Assembly: GCA_051003195.1 (NCBI GenBank)
Contig: JBPCLP010000021.1
Coordinates: 64,001 to 128,000 of the forward strand
Direction of reading: 5' to 3'
Source: Candidatus Sumerlaeaceae bacterium
GTDB taxonomy: Bacteria; Sumerlaeota; Sumerlaeia; Sumerlaeales; Sumerlaeaceae
DNA: 64,000 bases
The notes under the pieces were generated by a model. The model had not been told where the DNA came from and made no database searches. It was given only the letters and a program-made list of their open reading frames with translations. Each line of letters opens with the position of its first letter. The stretch's first letter is position 1. Below are positions 56,186-64,000 of this stretch, piece by piece. Both the position numbers and the translations under genes were made by a program.

Positions 56186-56367
56186 GAATGCGACGCATGC
56201 CGGGCGCACGCGCATTGAAATGTCAATCTCTGGACGCGCGAGTTTGATGAGGTTTTCGCTGGGGCGTACTTGCGATGCCCTTCTCATGCAAAGTGAGGCG
56301 TGTGTAGGTTTCCGGCTTGCAGACGACACCTGCTGCGATTGGATCGCGGAAGAAGGAATCTAAAACG

Positions 56368-57399
56368 ATGCACTTTCGCAGGACGATCTTTCTTTTAACC
56401 GCAGGCTCAGTACTCTTTGTAGCGGGTTGCGGGGACCAGCAGCCTGCAGGCAGCCGGACGGGATCGGGATCTGCCCGCCCGGATGCGGCAACCTCTACGA
56501 CGCTTGTAATCGGGTTGATGCCAAAGCTGGTGGGCATCGATTACTTCACGGCGGTGGAGAAAGGCGCGCAGGAGGCGGCGACGGAACTGGGCGTCACCGT
56601 ATCCTACGACGGCCCCATTGAGGGCGATACAGCAAAACAATCTGAAATGCTGGACACGTGGATCGCGCGCAAAATGGATGTGATTGCGATCTCTCCGAAC
56701 GATCCGAAGGCAATTGCACCGGCACTCGTGAAGGCGCAAAAGAAGGGGATCAAAGTCATCACCTTTGATGCCGACGCAGTGCCGGAAGCGCGCAGTTACT
56801 TTGTGAACCAGGCGACGAACGAGAGTGTCGGCACCGGCCTGGTCGATGTCGTGGGAGAGCAGATCCGAGGGCAGGGTGAGGTTGCGATCATCACCGGCTC
56901 GCTCACGGCCGCGAACCAGAATGCGTGGATCGATGCGATGAAAACTCACATGGCCGCGAAATATCCGGGGATGAAGCTGGTGGACACGCGCCCATCCGAA
57001 GTCGATCCCGAGCTGGCATATCGAGTGACCCAGGACTTACTGAAAGCTTACCCGAACCTGAGAGGCATTTTCGCCATCACGTCGATTGCTCTGCCGCAGG
57101 CGGCGCACGCAGTGAAAGACGCGGGGGTGGCCGACAAGGTTATAGTCACAGGCCTGGCAACGCCCGGCGCGATGAAGCCCTACGTCGATGACGGAACCGT
57201 GAAAACGTTCCTGCTTTGGAGCCCGCTGGACCTTGGCTACTTGACGGTTTATACCGCGCGGGAATTGGCGCAGAATGGCAAGCTTGGTAAAACACTGAAG
57301 GCAGGTCGGCTTGGAGACATGGAAGTGAGCGGAACAGAAGTACTGCTCGGGCCACCTACGCGATTCGATAAAAACAATATCGCGAAATTCAACTTCTAG
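56368..57399 (+). CDS. Sugar ABC substrate-binding lipoprotein (RhaS/LsrB type)
   Basis: Lipobox VAGC; MPKLVGIDYF, FDAD, NQNAW, LWSPLDLGYL, FDKNNIAKFNF. Confidence 0.88.
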   Translation: MHFRRTIFLLTAGSVLFVAGCGDQQPAGSRTGSGSARPDAATSTTLVIGLMPKLVGIDYFTAVEKGAQEAATELGVTVSYDGPIEGDTAKQSEMLDTWIARKMDVIAISPNDPKAIAPALVKAQKKGIKVITFDADAVPEARSYFVNQATNESVGTGLVDVVGEQIRGQGEVAIITGSLTAANQNAWIDAMKTHMAAKYPGMKLVDTRPSEVDPELAYRVTQDLLKAYPNLRGIFAITSIALPQAAHAVKDAGVADKVIVTGLATPGAMKPYVDDGTVKTFLLWSPLDLGYLTVYTARELAQNGKLGKTLKAGRLGDMEVSGTEVLLGPPTRFDKNNIAKFNF

Positions 57400-58328
57400 C
57401 CAAGCAGATCCAGCGCAGCCATTGCGGCCAGGCGCTGCAGCTCTCGGACACTCGAGCTGCTGTACCAGCTGTTATGGCTCGTTATGACGGCGTTCGGTAG
57501 CTTTAGAATTTCTGCATCATGAGCCGGTGGCTCCTGTTCCATCACGTCGAGCGCGGCTCCCGCGATACGGTTCTCACGAAGCGCGTCGGTCAGCGTATTG
57601 GTGTCGATCAGGCCGCCACGGCTGGTGTTCACGAGAAGCGCGAGCGGTTTCATCTGCGCCAGTCGTTCAGCATTTACAAGGTGCCGGGTTTCATGGGTGA
57701 GCGGACAATGGAGGCTGATGATGTCGGCAGTTTTAAAGAGAGCCTCAACATCGACAGGCTGCGCATGATGTGCTCGGAAGATTTCTGAGCTAACGAAGTG
57801 ATCTGTCGCGATTATATTGAGACCAAATGATCGTGCCCTTTCGGCCACGAGTCGCGCGATGCGTCCAAACCCGACGAGGCCCAGAGTGCTTTCGCGCAGC
57901 GGCGGCAGCGGTAGCGGCGGCGTGATCCTCCATGTACCATCGCGCACGAGGTCTCGAACACTGCACACCTGTCGCTGCAGAGTCAGAATCAACGCCATGG
58001 TTTGGTCGGCAACCTCGTTGAGGCAGTAGTCGGGAACATTGCGCACGGGAATCCCGCGTGCGGCCGCGGCATCGAGGTCAATGTTATCCAGCCCAATCCC
58101 ATAACGCACGATCCCACGGCATTTCTGCATCGTGGAAATTGCGTGTGCTTTGACGGGCGCCCACTGCGTCATGACCACCTCCGCATCAACAACCGCACCA
58201 GCGACGTCCTCCTCAGTTTTGCATTGCAGCGGGACCAGCTCCACGTCTCTTCCCGCAAACGCTTCGCGCTCGGGGTCCAGCGACTCGAATCCCCAATCAG
58301 TGATCACGACTTTACGCGAGGTAGTCAT
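57396..58328 (-). CDS. D-isomer-specific 2-hydroxyacid dehydrogenase (CtBP-like clade)
   Basis: RYGIGLDNID, NVPDYC, GFGRIA, NTSRG, DVMEQEP, TSHNSWYS. Confidence 0.9.
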   Translation of the reverse strand: MTTSRKVVITDWGFESLDPEREAFAGRDVELVPLQCKTEEDVAGAVVDAEVVMTQWAPVKAHAISTMQKCRGIVRYGIGLDNIDLDAAAARGIPVRNVPDYCLNEVADQTMALILTLQRQVCSVRDLVRDGTWRITPPLPLPPLRESTLGLVGFGRIARLVAERARSFGLNIIATDHFVSSEIFRAHHAQPVDVEALFKTADIISLHCPLTHETRHLVNAERLAQMKPLALLVNTSRGGLIDTNTLTDALRENRIAGAALDVMEQEPPAHDAEILKLPNAVITSHNSWYSSSSVRELQRLAAMAALDLLG

Positions 58329-59076
58329 GAATGACTTCTCCGCACACGAGTGTGAAGTCTGCCCTCCAGTAAAAGCCGTCTGACATTTCAACAACCGGAA
58401 GCTTGTAAACCGGCGCCTGCGCGTTCGCGCGCAACTCCGCCGTGCAAGGTCCAGTCCAGCATTCATGCACCTGCACGTCGGCCAGTTTGCGACTGGTCAG
58501 TTGCCGCACGGCAGTTCGTCCGTCAATGCTGGGAATCACTTTGTAGTTTATGTTGGTTGCGAAGTCGAATGTTCGGTGCTTCAGGTCATCAAGGTTGCCG
58601 CGGGCCTGCTTGTATCCCATGGTGCCAGTGATGATGTCGATGTCGTTCCGGGTTACGGTGGCAACCAGAAGGTCTTTGCGTGTCTCAACGCGCGCGTCAG
58701 CGAACTTCTTCGGCTGGCCATGCACTTCGCGGCCGTGCGCCAGCCCAACGTCACTGTTAAGGAACAGGTACGGCGAGTATCCGCCCTCATGCGCATCGCT
58801 CAGTCGCGCGCCCACCATCACATTGCACTCACCATAGGAACCGAGCCACTCAACATCGTTCATATTGTAGACATGGATGAGTACCCAGTCACTGGTTGCA
58901 GTGAGCGGCGGCGGGAGCAAGGCCTGCACCGCTTCAAGCCTGGTTCGATAGACAAGCGTCATAACTTCCACGTTGCGGAACGTGAAGGGGAACTCCGGAA
59001 CGAGCGGTACATCCCACGGCATCGACCACGATTTGGCTGGGTCGCGTTCAGGCACTGGCCTTACCCGATGGGTCAT
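58312..59076 (-). CDS. Acetoacetate decarboxylase-family protein
   Basis: SMP..P..PFTF, YRT, YGE, GREVHGQPKK with the Schiff-base Lys, WTGP, LPV, DFTL. Confidence 0.85.
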   Translation of the reverse strand: MTHRVRPVPERDPAKSWSMPWDVPLVPEFPFTFRNVEVMTLVYRTRLEAVQALLPPPLTATSDWVLIHVYNMNDVEWLGSYGECNVMVGARLSDAHEGGYSPYLFLNSDVGLAHGREVHGQPKKFADARVETRKDLLVATVTRNDIDIITGTMGYKQARGNLDDLKHRTFDFATNINYKVIPSIDGRTAVRQLTSRKLADVQVHECWTGPCTAELRANAQAPVYKLPVVEMSDGFYWRADFTLVCGEVIHDYLA

Positions 59077-59815
59077 TCAGCCGCGGCGCGCCGTCTGGAG
59101 CAGTCTTGCCTACCCGTTCATAGAACTCTGCTGGAATCTTCGCCGGATCTTTATAGATGTACCATGTGCACGGGTCATCCGCATGCTCCGGGTATTCCGT
59201 CACGCGCATTGGATGGCCGTAGTTTTCAATCGCGAGGACCTCATTCACCATGGTACAATGCGCGCAGTAATAACACACCCGAGACCTGCCCCATGTCCAT
59301 GGGTGCGCCTGTTTGGAAAAGCCGAACACTTGCGGATTTGCTTCGTTGCCGCTTTCCACGCGCTGCCGCGCGACGCCGCCACTACCACAAGGATCGAGTT
59401 TCAGGACGTACCGATCAGGTTCTTCCGTGATCGCGATTTCTCCCTGGCGTGCAGGGCCCATCAGGTGCCCGCGCAACCCTTCCACCGTTAACTGAAGTTG
59501 AGTCTCGACGCTGCTCGCCATCACCTTGTCGTAGCGGCTTTTGTAGTAGCTGCCGAGAATTGACCGAAACGCTTTTTCGAGCTCCGCTTCGCCGTACGTG
59601 TCTGCAATGTATGTGAAAAATGCCCAGGACCAGTTGACGTACATGTCGTGAACGATCTGCCACTCGAGCCGCGCATATTCCACGATGCGCTTTGCCTCTT
59701 CGAAGTCGCCGCGGTCCATGGCGTCGTACGCCTGACGCAGAGTGGACACTCCAACTTCAGCAGCTGTATCCTGCCGCAGGTCACGATTTAACAATTCTGA
59801 TTTGCCAAGGTTCAT
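59048..59815 (-). CDS. Cys-rich hypothetical protein (possible metal/Fe-S binding)
   Basis: LRGH, DPCGSGG, CYYCAHC, DPCTW..YKDP; co-oriented with and overlapping the downstream gene. Confidence 0.8.
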   Translation of the reverse strand: MNLGKSELLNRDLRQDTAAEVGVSTLRQAYDAMDRGDFEEAKRIVEYARLEWQIVHDMYVNWSWAFFTYIADTYGEAELEKAFRSILGSYYKSRYDKVMASSVETQLQLTVEGLRGHLMGPARQGEIAITEEPDRYVLKLDPCGSGGVARQRVESGNEANPQVFGFSKQAHPWTWGRSRVCYYCAHCTMVNEVLAIENYGHPMRVTEYPEHADDPCTWYIYKDPAKIPAEFYERVGKTAPDGAPRLNDPSGKASA

Positions 59816-59837
59816 GCGTTGAGTTTCGCGGCCGTGC

Positions 59838-60647
59838 TCAGCATGTCAGCATGAATCCGCCGCAGACATTGATCGTCTGCCCGGTAATGAACGCCGCTCT
59901 GTCTGATGCGAGAAACGCGATAAGGTTCGCGACATCGTCGGCCTTCCCGAGACGTCCCAGCGGAGTCGACTTAGCCCATGCTTCGGTCAGTTCGGTTGCG
60001 CTTTTTCCGGTCACGCTTGCCAATTCCGCGAATAATCCGTCCCACATCGGCGTGTCGGTAACAGCAGGGCACACGCAGTTTGCGGTAATTCCTTTGGAAC
60101 CGTAGGCCAGCGCAAGGGATTCTGTCAGGTTTGAGACAGCCGCCTTCGCAGCCGCATAATGAGCGGATAGCGCTCGCCCCTTGCGGCCAGCATTGGACCC
60201 AAGGTTGATGATACGCCCGCCGCTGCTCATCTGTTCCGCGGCTGCCGTACTCATAAAGAACAGAGAGCGAACGTCGATCTCAAGCACCTCGTCCCATTCG
60301 CCCGGGGTGATCTCGCTCATGCGGTTGAAGTGGCAGACACCCGCGGAATTGACAAGGATGTTAATCGCGCCCGCAGCTTCGATAGCGTGCGCGACGGTAT
60401 TAATCGCGGCATCGGCGGGCCGTAAATCCATCTCAAGCATGATGTGATCGGCCCCGGGAAGAGCGGCTATTAGCGCGATCAGCTTGTCCTGGTTGCGGTC
60501 GACCGCGACAATGCGAGCGCCAGCCGCCGCGAGAGTGGTCGCCGTTGCATAACCAATACCGCTTCCTGCACCGGTAATCAACGCGACTTTACCATCGAAG
60601 CGTAATTCAATCGGGGCTAAAGCTCCGGGCGTTTGCACTTTGCTCAT
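59838..60647 (-). CDS. SDR-family oxidoreductase (polyol/acetoin dehydrogenase-like)
   Basis: TGAGSGIG, NSAG, S...YAAAK, TDTPMW, GQTINVCGG. Confidence 0.88.
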   Translation of the reverse strand: MSKVQTPGALAPIELRFDGKVALITGAGSGIGYATATTLAAAGARIVAVDRNQDKLIALIAALPGADHIMLEMDLRPADAAINTVAHAIEAAGAINILVNSAGVCHFNRMSEITPGEWDEVLEIDVRSLFFMSTAAAEQMSSGGRIINLGSNAGRKGRALSAHYAAAKAAVSNLTESLALAYGSKGITANCVCPAVTDTPMWDGLFAELASVTGKSATELTEAWAKSTPLGRLGKADDVANLIAFLASDRAAFITGQTINVCGGFMLTC

Positions 60648-61453
60648 GTGGTGCCCTGCGGCACTTGATAGCGCTTAGGCACGTCGGGATCATAAAGCGG
60701 CAGCACGATATCCGCATCGCGCCTCAATTTTGCGAAAAGGCGGTAATGTTCCTCCAGGTTTTCACTGAGGCCGAGCGGGATACTTTCCTCCACATTTCGG
60801 TATTTAAATACTGAGTCGGTTAACGCAACCCGCCCCGCGACTGTATCCACCAGGAAGCACATACTTGAGCGATGGTGTCCGCCGCAGAACCACGCCCGGA
60901 TACCCGGCACGACTTCACTCTCATCGTCCGGCAAAAGGCGAATTCGCGATGCGGCATCCATGACAAGGTACTGCAGCACGTGAGGCGGGAAGATGATATG
61001 CCGTGGTAATTGGGGCACCTCCACATCCGGCGCGTGAAAATCAACCCATCCGCGGCGCGAGATGCAAATCTCCGCATTCGGGAACTGGTCCAGACCGCCA
61101 GTTGCATATGCCGTTAAGGGGGTCACCAGCACGTGCGTGATCTGATCCGGCTTCAGGCCGTGCGCTGCCAGTGCGTTCACAACCCATTCGTTCTCCTGAA
61201 CCACCGGCACATGACCGTTTTCGCCCGTTGCGGCTTTGGCCCAGGTCGTCCAATGCTTGTGCAGGTCGGAGAAGTCGCGCGCGAATCCGGTATTCAGAAG
61301 AATGCGGTGGCCTCCACCTTCGATGAGGAAGGCAAGAAAGTCCAGCTGCTCCCAGCCGCTCAGCTTCGTCATCCAATAGATTTCGGCGGAGGGCACCTGC
61401 GTCTCACCCATCTTCAACGGGGTAATTGTGTACTGCGTCGTTAAATCTCTCAC
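60644..61453 (-). CDS. Metallo-beta-lactamase-fold (AHL-lactonase-like) protein with degenerate metal-binding motifs
   Basis: FLIEG..ILLNTG, ITHVLVTPLTAYATGG in the HxHxDH position, GGHHRSS, LTDS, LPLYDP. GTG 61453 overlaps the upstream TGA; ATG 61468 is the alternative start. Confidence 0.75.
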   Translation of the reverse strand: MRDLTTQYTITPLKMGETQVPSAEIYWMTKLSGWEQLDFLAFLIEGGGHRILLNTGFARDFSDLHKHWTTWAKAATGENGHVPVVQENEWVVNALAAHGLKPDQITHVLVTPLTAYATGGLDQFPNAEICISRRGWVDFHAPDVEVPQLPRHIIFPPHVLQYLVMDAASRIRLLPDDESEVVPGIRAWFCGGHHRSSMCFLVDTVAGRVALTDSVFKYRNVEESIPLGLSENLEEHYRLFAKLRRDADIVLPLYDPDVPKRYQVPQGTT

Positions 61454-62259
61454 AGCTGGCAATTCCATCCTCCGTCGATCGTGATGGTAGCGCCGTTGAT
61501 GTAACCTGCCTCACGACTCGCCAGCAGGAGCACGGCACCCGGTAAATCCTGCGGCTGGCCAAGGCGACCGACGGGGCAGTTTGCTTTGAGCCATGGCTCA
61601 ACTGAGGCGGTATCGCGCGACTGCGAGTCATTAATGTCGGTGTGAATCCATCCTGGCGCGATGCAATTAACGGTGATGCCGAGTGGGGCGAGCTCCAGCG
61701 ACATGCCGGACGCAAGAAGTTGCACACCGCCCTTCGTCGCGCAGTAGTGCGTCTGGGTTGGATTGGAGCGAAACGCGCCGACACTCGACGTGATCACGAT
61801 CCGCCCGCCCTCGCCTGCAGCTGCCATGATCTGCGCGCTTTCCTGGCATACATGGAACATTCCCGAGAAGTTCACGGACACGTGACGTTGCCAGATGGCA
61901 TCCGTGATATCAAGAAATGGCGTAAACTGGCAGATCCCGGCGTTGCTGAAAAGAATATCGATGCCACCGAGTTGACGCGCGGCATCGCGAACCATTTGCC
62001 GCGCCGCTTTCGAGTCCGCTACATCGGCATCTATCTCAAATACACGGCGGCCGGTTTCACGTTGCAACCGCTCGCATTCAGTCCGGGCTTTCACGCCGTC
62101 CCCGAAATGGTTCAGCACCACGTCGCAGCCTGCGTGGGCCAGCGATTCCGCACCGGCTAAACCAATGCCGCGCGATCCCCCCGTCACCAGCACGCGGGTT
62201 CCAAACGGCGTTAAGCCTGAAGGGCGTTCGAGTTGCTGAGTGGCCATCGGTGCATTCAC
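61450..62259 (-). CDS. SDR oxidoreductase resembling L-rhamnose 1-dehydrogenase (LRA1)
   Basis: TGGSRGIG, NAGICQFTPFLD, QTHYCATK, PGWIHTDIN, which resemble LRA1 segments as I recall them; coupled to rhaM by GTGA. Confidence 0.75.
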   Translation of the reverse strand: MNAPMATQQLERPSGLTPFGTRVLVTGGSRGIGLAGAESLAHAGCDVVLNHFGDGVKARTECERLQRETGRRVFEIDADVADSKAARQMVRDAARQLGGIDILFSNAGICQFTPFLDITDAIWQRHVSVNFSGMFHVCQESAQIMAAAGEGGRIVITSSVGAFRSNPTQTHYCATKGGVQLLASGMSLELAPLGITVNCIAPGWIHTDINDSQSRDTASVEPWLKANCPVGRLGQPQDLPGAVLLLASREAGYINGATITIDGGWNCQL

Positions 62260-62573
62260 TCCAGGTGAAACACTTCTTCCAGGCGGATCAGCGACTCATC
62301 CGGCCGTCCCGTCAGGGATTCGAACAAATGCCCCATCTCTTTTTGCCACCGCATGTTGACCTCGCGCGCGGCCATGCCGGAAAGTGCCTGCTCGAAATCC
62401 TCAGTTTCGAGGTATCCTATCAGCATCCCATCGGGGCGCAGAAAGAGCGAGTAATTGTGCCATCCGGTTTCGCGAAGCGCCTGAAGCATATCCGGCCACA
62501 CGGCCTTGTGCGCTTCGCGGTACTCGGCAATCCTGTCCTGCTTTACCTTCAGCAGAAAACACACACGTTGCAT
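62256..62573 (-). CDS. rhaM: L-rhamnose mutarotase
   Basis: EYREAHKAVWP, NYSLFL, RWQKEM, EEVFHL. Confidence 0.88.
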   Translation of the reverse strand: MQRVCFLLKVKQDRIAEYREAHKAVWPDMLQALRETGWHNYSLFLRPDGMLIGYLETEDFEQALSGMAAREVNMRWQKEMGHLFESLTGRPDESLIRLEEVFHLE

Positions 62574-62694
62574 CGTGATGCGGTCGCCTCACAAAGAGAA
62601 TTGGTTAAACTCAAGCAGAGCCAAACGTCGCGACATCCGACCAGGCAGCGGCGTGAGTGCAAGCGATAGTTGGTGCAGCTATTCATCTTAACCA

Positions 62695-62734
62695 GACAGA
62701 AAAACTTCCCGGCTGGATGATGGCCGGGAAGTTT
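62695..62734 (-). terminator. Rho-independent terminator of the ABC permease operon
   Basis: 12-bp stem AAACTTCCCGGC (62702-62713) / GCCGGGAAGTTT (62723-62734), ending in TTTTTCTGT on the minus strand, about 50 nt after the stop at 62786. Confidence 0.75.
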
Positions 62735-62785
62735 GGCAGTGCACATTTGCTGAATGGATGGCTGGGTTTAGCCTTCCGGTGGAGG

Positions 62786-63289
62786 CTACTTCTTCAGGTA
62801 AATCTTGTCGGCAAGCACCACGAGATTCCCAGCTTTGTCTTTCTTAGCGACTCCTTCGACGATAACGGGACTGAGGTTTGTGAGTCCCTGCACGCCCTTT
62901 ACGTTTTCTTTAATTGTCTTTTTATCGGCGCCATTGATCTTTATCGTCGCAGTGTTTTTTGTAATGGATTCCCGGGTTTCGCAGCAAAAGTCCCATGGAG
63001 TCGGGCAGTTTTCTCCGTTGTCTTTGCAGGACTTCATTGAAAGATCCGCGATCGTGAAGACAGCCTGGCCGTCAACGAAGTCCTTGATCCTCCCTTGAAC
63101 CACGACCTTCTCGGCATCCTTTGATTGTGCCTTTGCCTCCACCACGCCTACCGCTTTTGCAGTGGGTTGACCGGACACGACAATCTTCGCCACCTCCGGT
63201 GAGGCGGCGAAAACCGCGGAAGTCGCGATGCTGATAAGCGTGACCGAACAGCGTGCGGTCCAGCTTCTGGTTATGCTTGTTGTTCTCAT
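62786..63289 (-). CDS. Secreted hypothetical protein with a C-x6-CPTPWDFCC motif
   Basis: Signal peptide; VVVQGRI...VIVEGV beta-strand pattern; four Cys in one loop. Confidence 0.75.
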   Translation of the reverse strand: MRTTSITRSWTARCSVTLISIATSAVFAASPEVAKIVVSGQPTAKAVGVVEAKAQSKDAEKVVVQGRIKDFVDGQAVFTIADLSMKSCKDNGENCPTPWDFCCETRESITKNTATIKINGADKKTIKENVKGVQGLTNLSPVIVEGVAKKDKAGNLVVLADKIYLKK

Positions 63290-63343
63290 TACTTTCTCCC
63301 TGTGAGTTCTGGTGCATTGGAACCAAATGATTCCAAACTGTTA

Positions 63344-64000
63344 TTATCCACGCAGCATTTCCACGAGTGGTTTGCGCGCGAGTCGAATGGCCGGGATCAG
63401 GGTCCCAAAAACTGCGAGAAACAGTGCGGCGGCGAATCCGGCGGCCAGGACGGGCCCACCTACGTCCAGTGCCAGGGCGCCCATGGTAACTCTCACAGCG
63501 CGCCCGGCGAGCAACGCCAGCGCCAGGCCGGCAGCTATCAGGGCTCCCATGCCGACCTGCAGAAGCGATTCCTGCAACAATGATACCAGAATGGCGCGCC
63601 TGCTGAAGCCGATTGTCTCAAGGCACGCAAGTTCCCTCGAGCGTGAGGCGATTGCCGCGATCATGGTATTGAGCCCGCCAAACAGGCCGCTTGCAACCAC
63701 CAGTCCCGCCATTATCCAGCCGAGAATCTGCATGGGCCGATAAAAGCTCGCCAGCGCACCGTAATACGTTGTTTCAGGTACCGCTGCAATTTCAAGGTCT
63801 AGCCGGGTTTTAGTGAAAACCTCGAGGTCGGGAAACATATCGGGCGATGTAAGGCGGACAACTGCACAGGTGAGCGTGTCCCGTTTGCTCTGGATTTTCA
63901 GGTCGTCGAGCGGGGCCCAGATCTCGGACTCGAAGGTGGTGCCGGGCGATTCAAATGTTCCGCATACTTTCCACGTCTTGCCTTCAAAGTAAATAGAGGC
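63344..64000 (-). CDS. FtsX/MacB-like ABC transporter permease, C-terminal part (runs off the right edge)
   Basis: The frame is open to 64000 (manual translation ...FESPGTTFESEIW...); NTMIAAIASRSRELACLETIGFSR; GTLIPAIRLAR. Confidence 0.88.
   Translation of the reverse strand, partial: ASIYFEGKTWKVCGTFESPGTTFESEIWAPLDDLKIQSKRDTLTCAVVRLTSPDMFPDLEVFTKTRLDLEIAAVPETTYYGALASFYRPMQILGWIMAGLVVASGLFGGLNTMIAAIASRSRELACLETIGFSRRAILVSLLQESLLQVGMGALIAAGLALALLAGRAVRVTMGALALDVGGPVLAAGFAAALFLAVFGTLIPAIRLARKPLVEMLRG

Noticed and set aside
56368..57399. AI-2 quorum-sensing (lsr) system
   Set aside because: No lsrK, lsrR, lsrF or lsrG is present; the rhaM context favours a sugar ligand. The cognate permease and ATPase are not in this window.
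1..64000. CRISPR arrays, rRNA, tRNA, integrase, transposase, reverse transcriptase or phage genes
   Set aside because: I saw no regularly spaced repeats or recognisable RNA-gene or mobile-element motifs. Intergenic gaps are short. A covariance-model scan was not possible, so small RNAs could be missed.

Overview
A GC-rich, densely coding bacterial chromosome segment of about 50 CDS. I recognised no rRNA, tRNA, CRISPR array or transposase. The style of the GspG-like prepilin (FTLIELLIVVGIIAILALVALPNMLEAQVRAKVARAKADLRTIA) and the GAF modules suggests a BRC1/Sumerlaeota-like or PVC-neighbour lineage; this is inference only. In order, the window holds: a merR fragment; an AT-rich intergenic region with clustered DnaA boxes (candidate oriC with no dnaA nearby); housekeeping genes (tsaB, ugd, rph, ROK kinase, rlmD, HAD hydrolase, aroE, obgE); a pilT/pilU ATPase; a CBS-GAFx3 protein with no output domain; the alpha-2-macroglobulin/pbpC pair; a T2SS/T4P-like operon (E,F,H,I,J,K,PilM-N fusion,O,?,D) lacking gspG; a partial non-phosphorylative sugar operon; an aminotransferase; a vapBC-type TA pair; apt; lutBC; an APH gene coupled to a class A beta-lactamase-like gene that appears to lack Glu166; hglS; a GT-C glycosyltransferase; an orphan GspG-like pilin; and a rhamnose-type binding protein. 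The strongest candidate for an undescribed system is the 7-gene operon at 57396-62573: rhaM, an L-rhamnose dehydrogenase-like SDR, a degenerate metallo-beta-lactamase-fold protein, a second SDR, a Cys-rich unknown, an acetoacetate decarboxylase-family protein and a 2-hydroxyacid dehydrogenase. It looks like an oxidative deoxy-sugar pathway with none of the canonical LRA2/LRA3/LRA4/LRA6 families. All family calls are by-eye motif recognition; no database searches were run.
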